A stretch of 59,800 nt of DNA from a virus (Duplodnaviria; Caudoviricetes), in the IMG/VR virus record IMGVR_UViG_3300044731_000564, positions 1 to 59,800 of that record; one strand, 5' to 3'. Numbering within the stretch: the first letter of the stretch is position 1; every line of letters begins with the position of its first letter. The notes below the pieces were generated by a model, which saw nothing but the letters and a program-made list of their open reading frames with translations, searched no databases and was not told the origin of the DNA. A program made the translations under genes and the position numbers. Of the stretch, positions 37,512-48,900 are shown piece after piece.

Positions 37512-38117
37512 ATGTTAGTTAGAGATTTGGCAATGGAGGTTTATAGGATTATAAACGGTGGTGATGTATCAGATGATAGTGGCTTAGACCTTATTGACTA
37601 CATGGAAGAGGTGCAACAAGTAGCAGCTAAGAAGATACAAGAAACATTCTTTAATAATTACAAAGCATTTGGCGAAGCATACATAGATGAAAATTATATA
37701 GAGGTTTATGAGGAGAATGAAATACTTTACAACGAAGTTCAAGATGTATATTATATAAAAGTCCCTGCACCGATATTAATGCTACCTAAAGGTTACGGTA
37801 TTCAGTACATAGGTTTAAGTCAGTCATTAGATAGCCCATTCGCAAGGCTTACAATAGGAAATCAAGGAATATACGCTAACATACCAAGCGACATTACATC
37901 GTACATAGCAACACAAGAAAGAATACAGTTTTCTAATTTACCTTATGGAGTTAAAAACTTAGTAGTAGCATTAGTTCCTGCAAAGCCAACTAACATTAGC
38001 GAAGATGATGCAAGTGATATTAAGAATGAGGTTGTAAAAAGAATGTTAATGTCAAAGGGTATCATACAAGATAAAGTAAACAACTCAAACCCAACACCTA
38101 CAAATAATGGACAATAA
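37512..38117 (+). CDS. putative tail ring protein
   Basis: Position and size in the tail module. Confidence 0.55.
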   Translation: MLVRDLAMEVYRIINGGDVSDDSGLDLIDYMEEVQQVAAKKIQETFFNNYKAFGEAYIDENYIEVYEENEILYNEVQDVYYIKVPAPILMLPKGYGIQYIGLSQSLDSPFARLTIGNQGIYANIPSDITSYIATQERIQFSNLPYGVKNLVVALVPAKPTNISEDDASDIKNEVVKRMLMSKGIIQDKVNNSNPTPTNNGQ

Positions 38118-39945
38118 ACTTTCGGCATTTATAACATTAGACGAGGTAGTAAAACAGTATCTAATAGATATTGATGCGGTTGATACTAAGAACTATAATC
38201 GTGCTATCGCTCACGCAATGAGAGGGTACAACGAATTAGAGTGGGATGTACTAAAGAAATTTACAGCAAGGATACTACCCGTAGATTCAGTAACAAAAAC
38301 AGTTACACTACCCGAAGACTTTGTTCAGTACACAAGAATAGGATTCAAGAATCAAGTAGGTGAAGTTATAGACTTAACCTATGACCCTAATTTAGTAACA
38401 GAAATAACAGCCGAAGACTGCCATTGTAACGAGTGTGGTTGTAACGATGAAGTATGTGCAGCAACAGACAAGTACGCACTAACTAAATCTGAAATAGTAC
38501 TACCAACAGAACAGAAGGTATGCGACTATGCGACTTCGATAGAATTTACAACAGAGATATGTGATTACAGAGCAATAGTTTCTTTATCGTTTCCTTTAAC
38601 ATTAAATTCTTATGTGTTAAATGGAGAAACAATAGACATAAATGTTGTATGCAATAACGCATCAGAACAAGAGGCAGTTTTAGTTGGAATAGGACTTACA
38701 AAGTCAAACCCTACTACCTATACAGCTTTGGCTACTTATGATTATTGGACTACTATTAGTTACACTAATCAAGTAGGAACACCATCACTATATACACTAC
38801 AACAAATATCTTGTACTACCGATAATTCATACTATGGATTCCCATTTACGGTTACATCATTATTGATAGATGGTGAAACAAGTGTAACAAATAAGTTAAT
38901 AACAACACAACAAGAGTTTGAAGATTTCTTTGAGGCATTAGGTTTTGATGTAAACTCTACCAAGACAATTTCAGCAACCGAATCAACAACAGTATATACT
39001 AATGTAACGGTAACAGACAATAAAGGAGAGGAAACAACTATATACTTTTTTCCAAGAAGTTGTACCTTAGAAACTAATGATGTTACCTATGAAAAGAAAG
39101 TAACTACTTGCTTGTCGGGAGATAAAGTAACAAAAGAAACGTGCGCACCCGTACTTATAAATTCAACAGTTGACCTTTACGACTATTCAGTTGACTTTGG
39201 TGGTGCATTAGGATTGCCAACAGAGGTATTATACAATAAAGATGGTCAAGAATATAGTTTAGGAACAATAGACACATTAGACGAACTATATACAGAATTA
39301 ATTGCATTAGGTTGGGGATTAGTTTCTTATGACGATGCTATAATGGTACTCATAGGTAGTGAAAATATTTGGGGTGATTTTGAATTTGTAGATACACCTT
39401 TACTTGTTACACCCGACACTATACTTGAATATCAATCAGTAAACGTAGTAGAAAAGTGTTCAACAGAGATAGTGTGCGAGTTAGAAGTATTAGAGTGTGG
39501 TTGTATAGTACCAACAGATGAAGTTATTAATACCTTGTACGCAGCTAATCTTATTGATAACGCTATGTTTCAAAGGTATATTAATGGCGGTGAAATAAGC
39601 ACTACATGGAGGCAACCGATGAACGCTTATGGCTTCTATAATGTAGATGTACATAAGGGGATTATTAAGTTAGACCCATTCTTTCGATACGATGCTATTT
39701 ATTTAGAGTACTACACATCATCAAGAATACAATCAAAGGACTTCTTAGTACCCGTTTTAGCAAGGGAATATCTTATATCTTATATGCACAAGATGAGTAT
39801 TCTAAGAAAGAACAACGCACCACTTTGGCAAATAGAGAAGGCACAGAAACAAGCAAGAGCCGAAAAGCATAACCTAAGATTAAGATGGCAACCGATTAGA
39901 TACAGAGAGATAGTAGATTTATTCAGAACAACAAGCAAGAGTTAA
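38107..39945 (+). CDS. putative tail ring protein with large repeated insertion
   Basis: Ring-like ends (TLPEDFVQYTRIG; IYLEYY...VPVLAREYLISY) separated by about 400 aa of acidic repeats. Confidence 0.6.
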   Translation: MDNKLSAFITLDEVVKQYLIDIDAVDTKNYNRAIAHAMRGYNELEWDVLKKFTARILPVDSVTKTVTLPEDFVQYTRIGFKNQVGEVIDLTYDPNLVTEITAEDCHCNECGCNDEVCAATDKYALTKSEIVLPTEQKVCDYATSIEFTTEICDYRAIVSLSFPLTLNSYVLNGETIDINVVCNNASEQEAVLVGIGLTKSNPTTYTALATYDYWTTISYTNQVGTPSLYTLQQISCTTDNSYYGFPFTVTSLLIDGETSVTNKLITTQQEFEDFFEALGFDVNSTKTISATESTTVYTNVTVTDNKGEETTIYFFPRSCTLETNDVTYEKKVTTCLSGDKVTKETCAPVLINSTVDLYDYSVDFGGALGLPTEVLYNKDGQEYSLGTIDTLDELYTELIALGWGLVSYDDAIMVLIGSENIWGDFEFVDTPLLVTPDTILEYQSVNVVEKCSTEIVCELEVLECGCIVPTDEVINTLYAANLIDNAMFQRYINGGEISTTWRQPMNAYGFYNVDVHKGIIKLDPFFRYDAIYLEYYTSSRIQSKDFLVPVLAREYLISYMHKMSILRKNNAPLWQIEKAQKQARAEKHNLRLRWQPIRYREIVDLFRTTSKS

Positions 39946-42900
39946 TGATACAAAAGGTAAATCCTATTAAGGGTATAGATATAGATTCTCATGCTTCTTT
40001 AGCAGACCCTAATAGCGTTAGGTTTGCTAAGAATGTAGAGGTTAAGAATATAGGAAACGATGAGTACCCAACAGGAGAAAATGGTGGAGTAGTGAAGCCC
40101 GTTCTATCAAACAGTACTAACTTTAATACCGACATACTACCGAGAGAGAGAACATTTACAATAGACCTTTCAGCACTTGACCTAACAGACCCACAACTAC
40201 TATACGGATATATAGTTGACTATGTAGAAACAGTTTCACTTGAAACGATAACAGTAGAGGCGGACTTAGATAATTTCTTTACTACGTTAGGGTTTACTGT
40301 AATAGGAACACAACAGTATCAGATAACACTTGTAAACGAAGTATGGCAGAAGGTTACATTTATTCAAAGTCAGGTAACAACAGTATATGACTTCGTACTA
40401 ACAGACGAAGGAGATTTAGTAGGCACAAATATTACAATAGGTAGTCTATATGACATTAGAAGGAACGAAATGTATTTCTTTAATAGAAATAATAGCGGAA
40501 GACACCATATAATAGTTTACAACGATAAGTATGAGATATATACTAAAATTATAGAAGCACCTATACTTGGCTTTAACTATACACATAGAGTAGGTTACGA
40601 CATAGACTTAGTAGAAGCAAAGGTATTAGATGATGATGAATTATTAGATGATGGTGAATTAAAAAGATTGTTGTATTGGACTGATGGAGTTAACCCACCG
40701 AGAAAGATAAATGTAGATAAAGCAATAGATGGGGATTACATAGATTCATCAAGTGGTGGCTTACATTACTCATCTGATGATGAATTTATTTGTGCCGTAA
40801 AGTACCCACCCGATATTTCACCATTTGTAAACTTTAGCGCAAGGGATAGCGACGTAGCAACAAATAATATAGCATTTAAAAACTTTCAATTCAGAAGTAA
40901 GTTTCTATATGATGATAATGATTACTCTACTTATTCGTCTATAAGCACGTTATCATTTATAGCAGACTATGCAGGTATTCAGTTTTCATTGCTACCTAAC
41001 TATACTAACATATCATTTTCAGCAGGTAGTATTATTGTAAGGAAAGTAGAAATAGCATACAGAGAAGGCAATACAGATGATTGGAGAACCTACGAGATAA
41101 TAGATAGAAGTGAAATAGTTTCTAATTCTATTTATAATTATAACCCTATTGATAACACCTTTGAGTATAACTTTTATAACAATAGAGGTTATTCAGCAAT
41201 AGCAATAGAACAATCAGAAAAGCTATTCGATAGCCACCCTATATTAGCAAGGACACAAGATATGCTAAGTAACAATACTTTAGCATACGGAGATATTTTA
41301 GAAGGATATGATAACATAGATTTAAGTGTTGATACACCTACTATAACAGTTGATTATGATGATATTGATGTTCAATTAATAGACTTAAATTCAAGCATAG
41401 ATATAAGATTTAGTGCAGGTGGTAGTGGAAATACAACGGGTAGTGTTAGTATAATAAAACTAAGTGCATCAAGCGGAACTACATCAGTAATAGACACGCT
41501 ACCAATATCACAAGGAGTTGTTGGAACTACTGTAATAGTAAATTACCCTTTAAGCAGCATTGGAACACCTGTATTTAATGGAGATAAAATATATGTAGAA
41601 GTAGATATAACCCTTAAAGGAACTAATCTTGCAATACAATCAACGTCAACATTTGATGGCACTTTGTCAAATGTTCAAAGTCCACAACCTTGTGGTGTAG
41701 GAGATTTTGACGTTCAAATGACTGCTAATTTTGGTATTACATTGGGAATTACAAGAGTTCCATTTGAACTACAAATAAGTAACCCTTGTAACTCATATAA
41801 CATAATAACTTATGAATACACAAATGGAAACTTAGACTTCTTTAATCAGTTAAAACAAGGTGGTAAATATAAGTTTGGACTAATAGGATTTGATGATGCA
41901 AATAGAAGTTCATTTGTATCTAACATAGATGATGTTTATATTAACTCTATTGTTGAAAGCGGTGCAGATAAAAAGGTTACATTAACACTTGACTTTAATA
42001 ATCATGTGTTCCCCGATTGGGTTAAAAAAATATCTGTATGTAGGACAAAGAATGTATTAATAGATAGAAGTTTAGGATTAGGTTACTTGCAAACAGCTAT
42101 TGAAAATGTTACTTATGTTGGAACAGATAGAATAACATTTGAAATAACAGACCAAAACACTTTTAATTCGGATAACTACTTTAGAACATCAACAAACTAT
42201 TCTTATTCGGATGGAGATATAGTTAGGTTTATTACTAATAATAACGGAACTTTAAATACAGATATAATTGATAGGGTTATTAAAAGTGAAGATGGAGTTA
42301 CGTTTGCAGTAGATTGGGACTTACAATTAGCAACACCAAATGTTAAAAATGGAGATATAGTAGAGATATACACCCCTGCAAAACAACTAACAACAGACAC
42401 CTACTACGAAATAGGACAAAGGTTAGCACTAACAGAAACAGTAGGAGATAACAGAGTAGTTAATAATTCAGTTACATTAGAAACATTCGATACATACTTT
42501 ACCGATAGAACTTATTTAGGCACATCATTTCTATTTGAAAGCCATAGTAGAGCAGATATAATACCCGACAGTCAAGGTGAAGATATAGGTAGAAGTAATA
42601 TTGAAAACCCTAATGCAAGACAAGTATGGAAGCCTTCATTATTAAGATACTCATTAGTATTTAACCCTGATTCCTTTGTAAATGGGTTAAGTTCTTTCGA
42701 TGCAAGTAGGAAGAAATTATTTAACAGACAGTACGGAAACATAACTAAGATATACTGCAATCAAAGTGAGTTGCATATATTCCAAATAGATAATGTGTTT
42801 AAGTCTTTAATTAATAAAAGACAAATCAGACAAGCAGATGGTACTATACAGTTAATAGCAAGTGATGAAATTATTTCAGACCCTTTAGATACGTTAGGTG

Positions 42901-43778
42901 ATTATGGTTGCCAAAACGAAGAGAGTATAATATTCAGAGATAACAAGTTTACCTTTTGGGATATTAAAAGAGGGTACATGGTTCAGTACGATGGACAACA
43001 ATCAATACCTATTTCAGACTTAGGGATAGGTAGTTACATTCAATCTCAATCAAAGACCGTAACAGCAAGTTTTAATAATTTCAGCCCTATACTCTACATT
43101 AAATTAAATGGTGGCTACGACCCTATTAACAACAGATACCTAATAACTACATTCCAAAGAACACTTAATAGTGCCGATGAAATCCATATAGAAGATGGAT
43201 ATACATTAGATAAACATAGGGCTACCTTTTCATTCGATTTAGATGCTCAAAATTGGGCTTCATTCTACCCTTTCATACCCGAATTTTATAGCAGAATAGA
43301 TGGCAGTAAGTTAGGTATGATAATGGTTACGTTCAGACAAGGTATTCCATATTTCCATAACAAGAAAGATGAAACTACATACAACACATTCTACGGAACT
43401 GAAACAAATCAGTACATAAAACCACTATGTAATCTATCATCAACTACCGTTAAGAACTTTTTAGGTATGGGGTACGATAGCAAGTTTAAGTCTAATGCAG
43501 TAGAAAGTATTGCATACGAAGCAGTAGAAGTTACAACAAGTAATGGTCAAATATCAAATATTCCCTTATCTTTGTTTAAATTTAAAGAGGGAGTGTACTA
43601 TTCATCATTCCTTAGAAATACATCTTTAGGTAAAACAATTTTAACAGGAGATAATTTAAAAGGTAAATTTGCAGAAGTAATGCTTAAACGAGATACTACA
43701 CAAAAGACAGTTTACAATGAATTACAAGAGGTATTCTTTTATATAACCCCAAGCGAACAAACAAATAAAAATGGTTAA
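39945..43778 (+). CDS. tail muzzle/stabilisation protein (P22 gp10/crAss-like)
   Basis: 1277 aa beta-propeller-like; LYWTDGVNPPRKIN, YGNITKI, DYGCQNEES, GGYDP, WASFYPFIPE, KEGVYY, LKGKF motifs. Confidence 0.75.
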   Translation: MIQKVNPIKGIDIDSHASLADPNSVRFAKNVEVKNIGNDEYPTGENGGVVKPVLSNSTNFNTDILPRERTFTIDLSALDLTDPQLLYGYIVDYVETVSLETITVEADLDNFFTTLGFTVIGTQQYQITLVNEVWQKVTFIQSQVTTVYDFVLTDEGDLVGTNITIGSLYDIRRNEMYFFNRNNSGRHHIIVYNDKYEIYTKIIEAPILGFNYTHRVGYDIDLVEAKVLDDDELLDDGELKRLLYWTDGVNPPRKINVDKAIDGDYIDSSSGGLHYSSDDEFICAVKYPPDISPFVNFSARDSDVATNNIAFKNFQFRSKFLYDDNDYSTYSSISTLSFIADYAGIQFSLLPNYTNISFSAGSIIVRKVEIAYREGNTDDWRTYEIIDRSEIVSNSIYNYNPIDNTFEYNFYNNRGYSAIAIEQSEKLFDSHPILARTQDMLSNNTLAYGDILEGYDNIDLSVDTPTITVDYDDIDVQLIDLNSSIDIRFSAGGSGNTTGSVSIIKLSASSGTTSVIDTLPISQGVVGTTVIVNYPLSSIGTPVFNGDKIYVEVDITLKGTNLAIQSTSTFDGTLSNVQSPQPCGVGDFDVQMTANFGITLGITRVPFELQISNPCNSYNIITYEYTNGNLDFFNQLKQGGKYKFGLIGFDDANRSSFVSNIDDVYINSIVESGADKKVTLTLDFNNHVFPDWVKKISVCRTKNVLIDRSLGLGYLQTAIENVTYVGTDRITFEITDQNTFNSDNYFRTSTNYSYSDGDIVRFITNNNGTLNTDIIDRVIKSEDGVTFAVDWDLQLATPNVKNGDIVEIYTPAKQLTTDTYYEIGQRLALTETVGDNRVVNNSVTLETFDTYFTDRTYLGTSFLFESHSRADIIPDSQGEDIGRSNIENPNARQVWKPSLLRYSLVFNPDSFVNGLSSFDASRKKLFNRQYGNITKIYCNQSELHIFQIDNVFKSLINKRQIRQADGTIQLIASDEIISDPLDTLGDYGCQNEESIIFRDNKFTFWDIKRGYMVQYDGQQSIPISDLGIGSYIQSQSKTVTASFNNFSPILYIKLNGGYDPINNRYLITTFQRTLNSADEIHIEDGYTLDKHRATFSFDLDAQNWASFYPFIPEFYSRIDGSKLGMIMVTFRQGIPYFHNKKDETTYNTFYGTETNQYIKPLCNLSSTTVKNFLGMGYDSKFKSNAVESIAYEAVEVTTSNGQISNIPLSLFKFKEGVYYSSFLRNTSLGKTILTGDNLKGKFAEVMLKRDTTQKTVYNELQEVFFYITPSEQTNKNG

Positions 43779-44484
43779 TTTATTATTAGATATTTTTCAT
43801 GCAAATGAGGTGAATCATTATAATGCAATAGCACCTTTTGTAATTCCATTAGCAATAAGTGCAGCAACAAGTTTAGGTAAAGTAGCCTATGGTGCAGTTC
43901 AAGCAATTGGTGGCAATAAAAAGTTAAATCAATTAGAGAAGAACAGACCACAAAGGACTACCGACGAGAATATCCTTTACAATCAGAAGTTTGCAAGGGT
44001 AAATGCAGCTAATGGATTAGGTGGTTTAAACGATTATACAAATGATATAAACAGAACATACGCATCAAGTATAAACGCTATTTTAAGTGGCGGTGGAGAT
44101 ATTAACCAAGTAGCCGAACTAATGAGTGGAACTAATAATAGTTTTAATCAATTAATGAGGATGGATGCAGAGGCTAAATTAGCGAACCAAGATAAATTCA
44201 TAGCAGCAAACACAGCATTAGCTAATGAGAACATGGCTAATTGGGATTACAACATAAACATACCATTCCAACAGAAGTACGCAAGATATACACAAAGAAC
44301 AAATGCAGGTGCGCAGAATATAAACACAGGATTAGATGCTTTAGGGAAGACCGCATTAGCGGCAGCCACAGGTTTTTCACAAGATAATGATGGTAATTAT
44401 AAGTGGACAGGAGGAAAAGACGCAAGTTCTAATTATAACTCAACATACAATTCACAAACAGGAGAAGGAACTCTATATACATAA
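43771..44484 (+). CDS. putative internal virion/ejection protein
   Basis: A/G/N/Q-rich with hydrophobic N-terminal helix; follows muzzle gene. Confidence 0.6.
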   Translation: MVNLLLDIFHANEVNHYNAIAPFVIPLAISAATSLGKVAYGAVQAIGGNKKLNQLEKNRPQRTTDENILYNQKFARVNAANGLGGLNDYTNDINRTYASSINAILSGGGDINQVAELMSGTNNSFNQLMRMDAEAKLANQDKFIAANTALANENMANWDYNINIPFQQKYARYTQRTNAGAQNINTGLDALGKTALAAATGFSQDNDGNYKWTGGKDASSNYNSTYNSQTGEGTLYT

Positions 44485-45944
44485 TGGCAGAAAAATTTAC
44501 TATACTACCAAGCTTTGTAGGGCAAGAATCTAATACAGCAGTATTAAATGATAATGTCTTTGCTGATAAACTAATAGAAGCATCAAGGCTTAAATATGCA
44601 ATGGATGAAGCTAAACATCAAGCAGAACAAGAAAGGTTAGCAAAGTCAATAGACTTTAAGTCGGGGGATATACTACAAGTAGATATGGAGTATATTAATG
44701 GTCAAAGAGATGAATATTTAAAATGGATTTCTGCTAACACTGAATTATTAGCAAAACAAGACCCAATGACAGTTTCAAAGCAAAAGCAATGGAAGAATAA
44801 AATAGACACCCAAACAGATATAGCGATAGGAAGAAAGAAACAAGTAGATAATCAGCAAACATATCTTCAAACTGATGCAGCAAGAAGTTCGGGGTATGGA
44901 TTACAAGAAGATTTTGATGCAGTTAATAACTTTGCTAATACTCCAATGGGTGAATGGAAAGGGTATAATGCAAGAGATTTATATAACGAATTAACTTACT
45001 TTAAAGATTACAATATAGAAACACAAAAAACAGTTGATGATAAGGGATATACTAAGACTACAATAAACAAAACACCTTCCGAAGATATAATATCTATTGC
45101 AGACAAAAAGATTAATAGCCCCGAATACAATCAGTTAGTAGGACACTATTTAAAATTATCTAATGGTGCAAGAAACAAAACTACAATTGATGCTGATGTT
45201 GTATATTATGACCCCGAAGATTTTAAGAAAAATGGTGATATGGCAACACCTAAAGTAATTAAACTATCACAAATAACACCCGACAATATAGGAAGCATAG
45301 TTCCATATAAAAAATCAGCATTAGACGAAGCATATAAAAATCTTAAAGAGGAAGATAAGCAAGTTCCTTCAAGTAGTGGTGGAAGTGGTAGTGGTGGTAG
45401 CGATAATAAACCAATAACAAATTGGGTTTCTGATTGGACACTATCAATCGTTAATGACACTATAACGGGTGGCGTAGATGTGTTTGATTCAAGTTCAAAA
45501 ACAGTTTCGGGTAAAAGATTTAATGCACCAAGCGATTTAACAATGCCAATTGTAGGTTCTAAAAGTGGTGAAAAAGAAAGAGTTGTTGGTATATACAAGA
45601 AAAATAATGGGAAATACTATGTAATGAGAGATACTGATTTTTCTCTTAATAAAAGTGGTACTTATTCAATAAAAGAAGGCAAACAATTAGAAAGCGCTAA
45701 TAATGAAATAAAAAGTATGTGGACAGATGTAATTGCGCCTTATTATAGAAGCACATACGGAACTGCATCTGATACAGAATTAGAAAAATATAGATTACAA
45801 ATGTGGGAGAACAATCCACAAGAGGCTAATCAATTAGGAATACCAAAACCAATTAACTTTAACAACAACACAAGTACAACAAATAATACAAGCGGAAAGA
45901 AATATAAAGGATTAGATAAAAACGGAAACCCAATATTTGAATAA
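44484..45944 (+). CDS. putative internal virion/ejection protein
   Basis: Coiled-coil N-half, G/S linker; between ejection-like gene and giant gene. Confidence 0.55.
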   Translation: MAEKFTILPSFVGQESNTAVLNDNVFADKLIEASRLKYAMDEAKHQAEQERLAKSIDFKSGDILQVDMEYINGQRDEYLKWISANTELLAKQDPMTVSKQKQWKNKIDTQTDIAIGRKKQVDNQQTYLQTDAARSSGYGLQEDFDAVNNFANTPMGEWKGYNARDLYNELTYFKDYNIETQKTVDDKGYTKTTINKTPSEDIISIADKKINSPEYNQLVGHYLKLSNGARNKTTIDADVVYYDPEDFKKNGDMATPKVIKLSQITPDNIGSIVPYKKSALDEAYKNLKEEDKQVPSSSGGSGSGGSDNKPITNWVSDWTLSIVNDTITGGVDVFDSSSKTVSGKRFNAPSDLTMPIVGSKSGEKERVVGIYKKNNGKYYVMRDTDFSLNKSGTYSIKEGKQLESANNEIKSMWTDVIAPYYRSTYGTASDTELEKYRLQMWENNPQEANQLGIPKPINFNNNTSTTNNTSGKKYKGLDKNGNPIFE

Positions 45945-48900
45945 TGCCAAATGAAGAATTAATATTAGACGAGCAAAAGAAGCAACAACTTGATAGTAAT
46001 ATCAAAAATATGCTATCTAATGGGGCAACACAAGAAGATGTAATGAGTTACGCATCAGACTTTAAAACAAAGTACGGTCAAAAAAAAAGTCTTATTGGAA
46101 ACACTACCTCAAAAACTTTGGAGAATGGTGTATCAGATACTCCGAAAGTTGAAGATTTTGCTTCACAAGCAGGTGGATGGAGTGGTGGAAACAAGGAACA
46201 AGCACAACCACAAACAAAGCCACAAGAATTAAAGACACCTGCCTATGGTGGGATGAAAGAGAAAATACAAGTTGTAGATAATAGTAAAGATATGACTTCA
46301 TCTGAAATGAATGAAGTCGATAAGAATATTCAAAAAACACTAATGAGAGGTCAAGGATTAGTGGTTGATGATAATGCTGTAATTCCCGATACATATACCG
46401 TTGATAGTGATGTTCAAAGTTTTTTAAGTGGTATTGAAACAGATAAAAAAGAAGAAGTAGGTAAATACTTATATAATTTAAAGATTGGGAATAAAGGTGA
46501 GTTTACTAAGCTATATGATAAATATTTACAAGGTGAGTTAACCGAAAATGATAAATTTAAAATAGAGAGTAGGGCAATAAATAACAAGTTGCAGACATTA
46601 GGGAATGATGCTAATATTTACAATAAAAGAAACGATATAGAATTAGCCAATAATTCAATAAAGGAATATAACGATTTAATAAATGTACAAAAGGAGATAA
46701 TAAAAAAATATCCTGATGTTTATAATAAAGAACAAGCGGTAATAAATAATCAAGCTGCTTTTGATGCACTTAAAGAAATAAATCCAATTACGGGTGGTAT
46801 TGCAGAAGGTCTTAATAACCTAAGAAATGTACCTGCAAAATTATTTGTTGATGCACCTGCTACTATGGCAAAATTCTTTAATGATAAACTTGAAGAAATG
46901 CAAGGTCTTGATGCAAATGCTTATAGTGGTGCTGACAAGGCTTATGATGCAATAAGAGAGTTTACAGATGATTATTTAAAAATTCCACAAACACAGAAAC
47001 CATTATTTAACGATAAAGGTAATTTAGACTACCAACAAGTAATACCTAAAACAGTACAGACATTAGGCGATATGGCTGCCTTAATGATAATGGGTGGGAG
47101 ATTAGGTGCTATTGGGGAAGGTGCTGTATTAGCCAAAGGAACGGCTGATGCAATAGGACTAACAGTAGCAGGTTATTTATCACAAGTTACAGATTATTAT
47201 GATTCAGCAAAAGAATTAGATTTAAGCGATACTGATGCAAGACAATATGCAGAGAATGGTGCTTTTGCTAATGCTATGTTAGAAAATGTAAATCCGAATT
47301 TAAAATTTCTTAGAAATACAAATGCTATTCCTACTGCAATAGAAGAATTAATAAAACAAGGAATAAAGCCAACGGCAGGTGAAATAGCAAAGAAAATATT
47401 AACAGAAGTAGGACAAGAAAATGCACAAGAACTATTACAGTCATTAAGTGATTTAATGGCAGGTGTAGCAGCTAACCAACAAGCAGGTAAGCAACTATTT
47501 GATAGCCAACTATCACCTGAAAACATAAAAGAAACTGTAATACTTACAACATTAGTAACAGCACTTGCAGGTGGTGCTAATATATCAATGGAGAACCTTC
47601 AAAGAAAGGAATCTAAATATGCTTTAATGCAATACTTTAAAAATAAACCTACCGAAGTATTAGATGCAATAAATACACAAGTTCAGAATGGTTCAATTAC
47701 ACAAGCACAAGCAGATAAATTACAAATAGATTTAACAAAGCAAACAATCACTCAATCTAAAACACCAACTAATTTATCTGACGAACAAAAAATTGAAGTT
47801 CAACCATTATTAGAACAAAAACAAGAACTTGTAAAAGAACAAGAGAAAGTAGATGATGCCTTTAAGGGTAGTTTTAAAGAACAGATAGAAGTTATTGACA
47901 ATAAAATAAACGAAATAGCAAAACCAAAATTAGAAGAAATAAAACTTGAAGAAACAAAACCCGAAGCACCTAAACAAGAAGTAATATCAGAAGAAGACTA
48001 CGATGGACTAATAGTAATGCGAAATATAGGCATTTTAGAGGAAGGTGAAGCTGAAAAAATAAAAGCATACGAAGACAGTTTAGATAAAAATTTACAAGTA
48101 AATACAACCGACAATGGCAAAGAAAAAGGGCAAGAAGAAGATGTGTTAAGCACTCAAACCCCAATCCAAGAAGATATAGCAACTGAACCCGTAAGTTCTG
48201 ATGTTATGTCTGAAACACCTACTGAATTAAGAGATGTAGAGAGTACGGCTAAAGCGTTGGCGAAAATTGGGATTACGTCAAAAATACCTGCATCATCTGA
48301 ATACAAAAGAACTGAACCAAAGGAAGTTTCCGAAGCCTACCACAAAGCCAAAGCAGATGGTAGCAACCCTGAATTAGTGAATGCAGTAGAATCCCTACTA
48401 TCTAAAGAACAAACACCAAAATCAGAAAACAAAAAAGTTGATGTAGTAGGTAGTGGTGTAGTAGATAATAAAACAAAGCAACAGTTGTTGGATGAAAGGC
48501 TTGATAAAATAAAAGAAATAAAGGATAAGGCGGAAGGCACAAGAGAGGAAAGGACGAAACGGTATAAGGAGTTGGTAAATGAATTAGGTGATGAAACTGC
48601 CGCTTTAAAAAAGTTACAGGAAGAAATAAACGCAAGGGCAAAAAAAGAGATTGATAAGCTACCTGAATTGCCTAAAACAGAGAGTGAAGTAATCAATGAA
48701 AAAGGGGAGAATGATTTTAAAAAGATAAAAAAGGATTTAGGGTTTAAGTCAAATGATTATAGTTGGGGCAAAAGCCCTATGGATGAAGATATGGGCGATA
48801 TGCTTTTAAGCAAGGATAAAGAATCTGTTATTTTCATAAAGCCAAATGAAGTTGAAGTTTACGATGAGAAAAATGACCAAACAGATACTATTACAAATGG

